The notes beneath the pieces were generated by a model. That model was not told the DNA's origin and made no database searches. It saw nothing but the letters and a program-made list of their open reading frames with translations. From NCBI GenBank assembly GCA_031370005.1, contig JANMPT010000044.1, forward strand, positions 1-27,190: a stretch of DNA of 27,190 nucleotides, given 5' to 3'. The position numbers and the translations under genes were made by a program. This stretch comes from Bdellovibrionales bacterium. Its GTDB lineage: Bacteria > Bdellovibrionota > Bdellovibrionia > Bdellovibrionales > Bdellovibrionaceae. Shown here piece after piece: positions 26,933 through 27,190 of the stretch; position 1 is the stretch's first letter, and every line of letters begins with the position of its first letter.

Positions 26933-27190
26933 TTAATTTTGCAATGTTAAAATTTCATATCCTGTGTCAGTCACCAGTATTGTATGTTCAAACTGAGCTG
27001 ACAGCAAACTATCTGCAGTTTCATAGTACTTAATCGAAGACCCATGAATATCAAATTCTACAAACTTATCAGTGCCTTGGTTAATCATGGGCTCTACAGT
27101 AATGCAATGAAATGGAATGAGCAGCTCTCCTTTTCCTTTCTTACCAAAGGCCGGAACGAAGGGCTCCGTATGGAAAACTCGACCAATACC
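26933..27190 (-). CDS. map: Type I methionine aminopeptidase, C-terminal 85 aa; partial and not in the ORF track
   Basis: Manual translation gives [12 protein letters not shown]...[10 protein letters not shown]...[22 protein letters not shown]. Confidence 0.93.
   Translation of the reverse strand, partial: GIGRVFHTEPFVPAFGKKGKGELLIPFHCITVEPMINQGTDKFVEFDIHGSSIKYYETADSLLSAQFEHTILVTDTGYEILTLQN

Noticed and set aside
1..27190. CRISPR array, prophage or anti-phage defence system; the many short antisense ORFs inside long genes
   Set aside because: I saw no regularly spaced repeats, phage structural genes or defence domains. The nested ORFs lie within well-supported genes and show no motifs.

Overview
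This is a bacterial chromosome segment; the gene style suggests Bdellovibrionota, but that is inference only. The left end holds a 5'-truncated tandem LamG protein and a secreted lysozyme-like protein. Next come a terC / zinc-ribbon / NhaR-like LysR / htpX stress module with two matching LysR-type promoters, and a multicopper oxidase with a haem-binding partner. From about 9.9 to 24.0 kb lies an accessory, partly decaying metal-response region that ends at the 3' end of a tRNA-Asp. It contains an IS3 stub, a HigBA-type TA pair with a frameshifted toxin, DsrE, and an RND efflux locus (CusRS-like two-component system, an unannotated 57-aa lipoprotein, TolC, a 142-aa minimal adaptor, a CusA/CzcA-like pump, PAP2). 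It also contains an internally deleted MFS gene, a class II cytochrome c and an IS1380-family element with 19-bp inverted repeats. The right end is core genome: receiver-only response regulator, orn, ahcY and the 3' end of map. The most unusual signal is the efflux locus, whose adaptor appears to lack its hairpin, lipoyl and beta-barrel core and whose sensor kinase lacks most of its HAMP linker. Repeated regulator boxes there also reveal the hidden lipoprotein. A perfect 29-bp repeat sits on two stop codons 22.9 kb apart. No CRISPR array, integrase, reverse transcriptase or recognisable defence system was seen.
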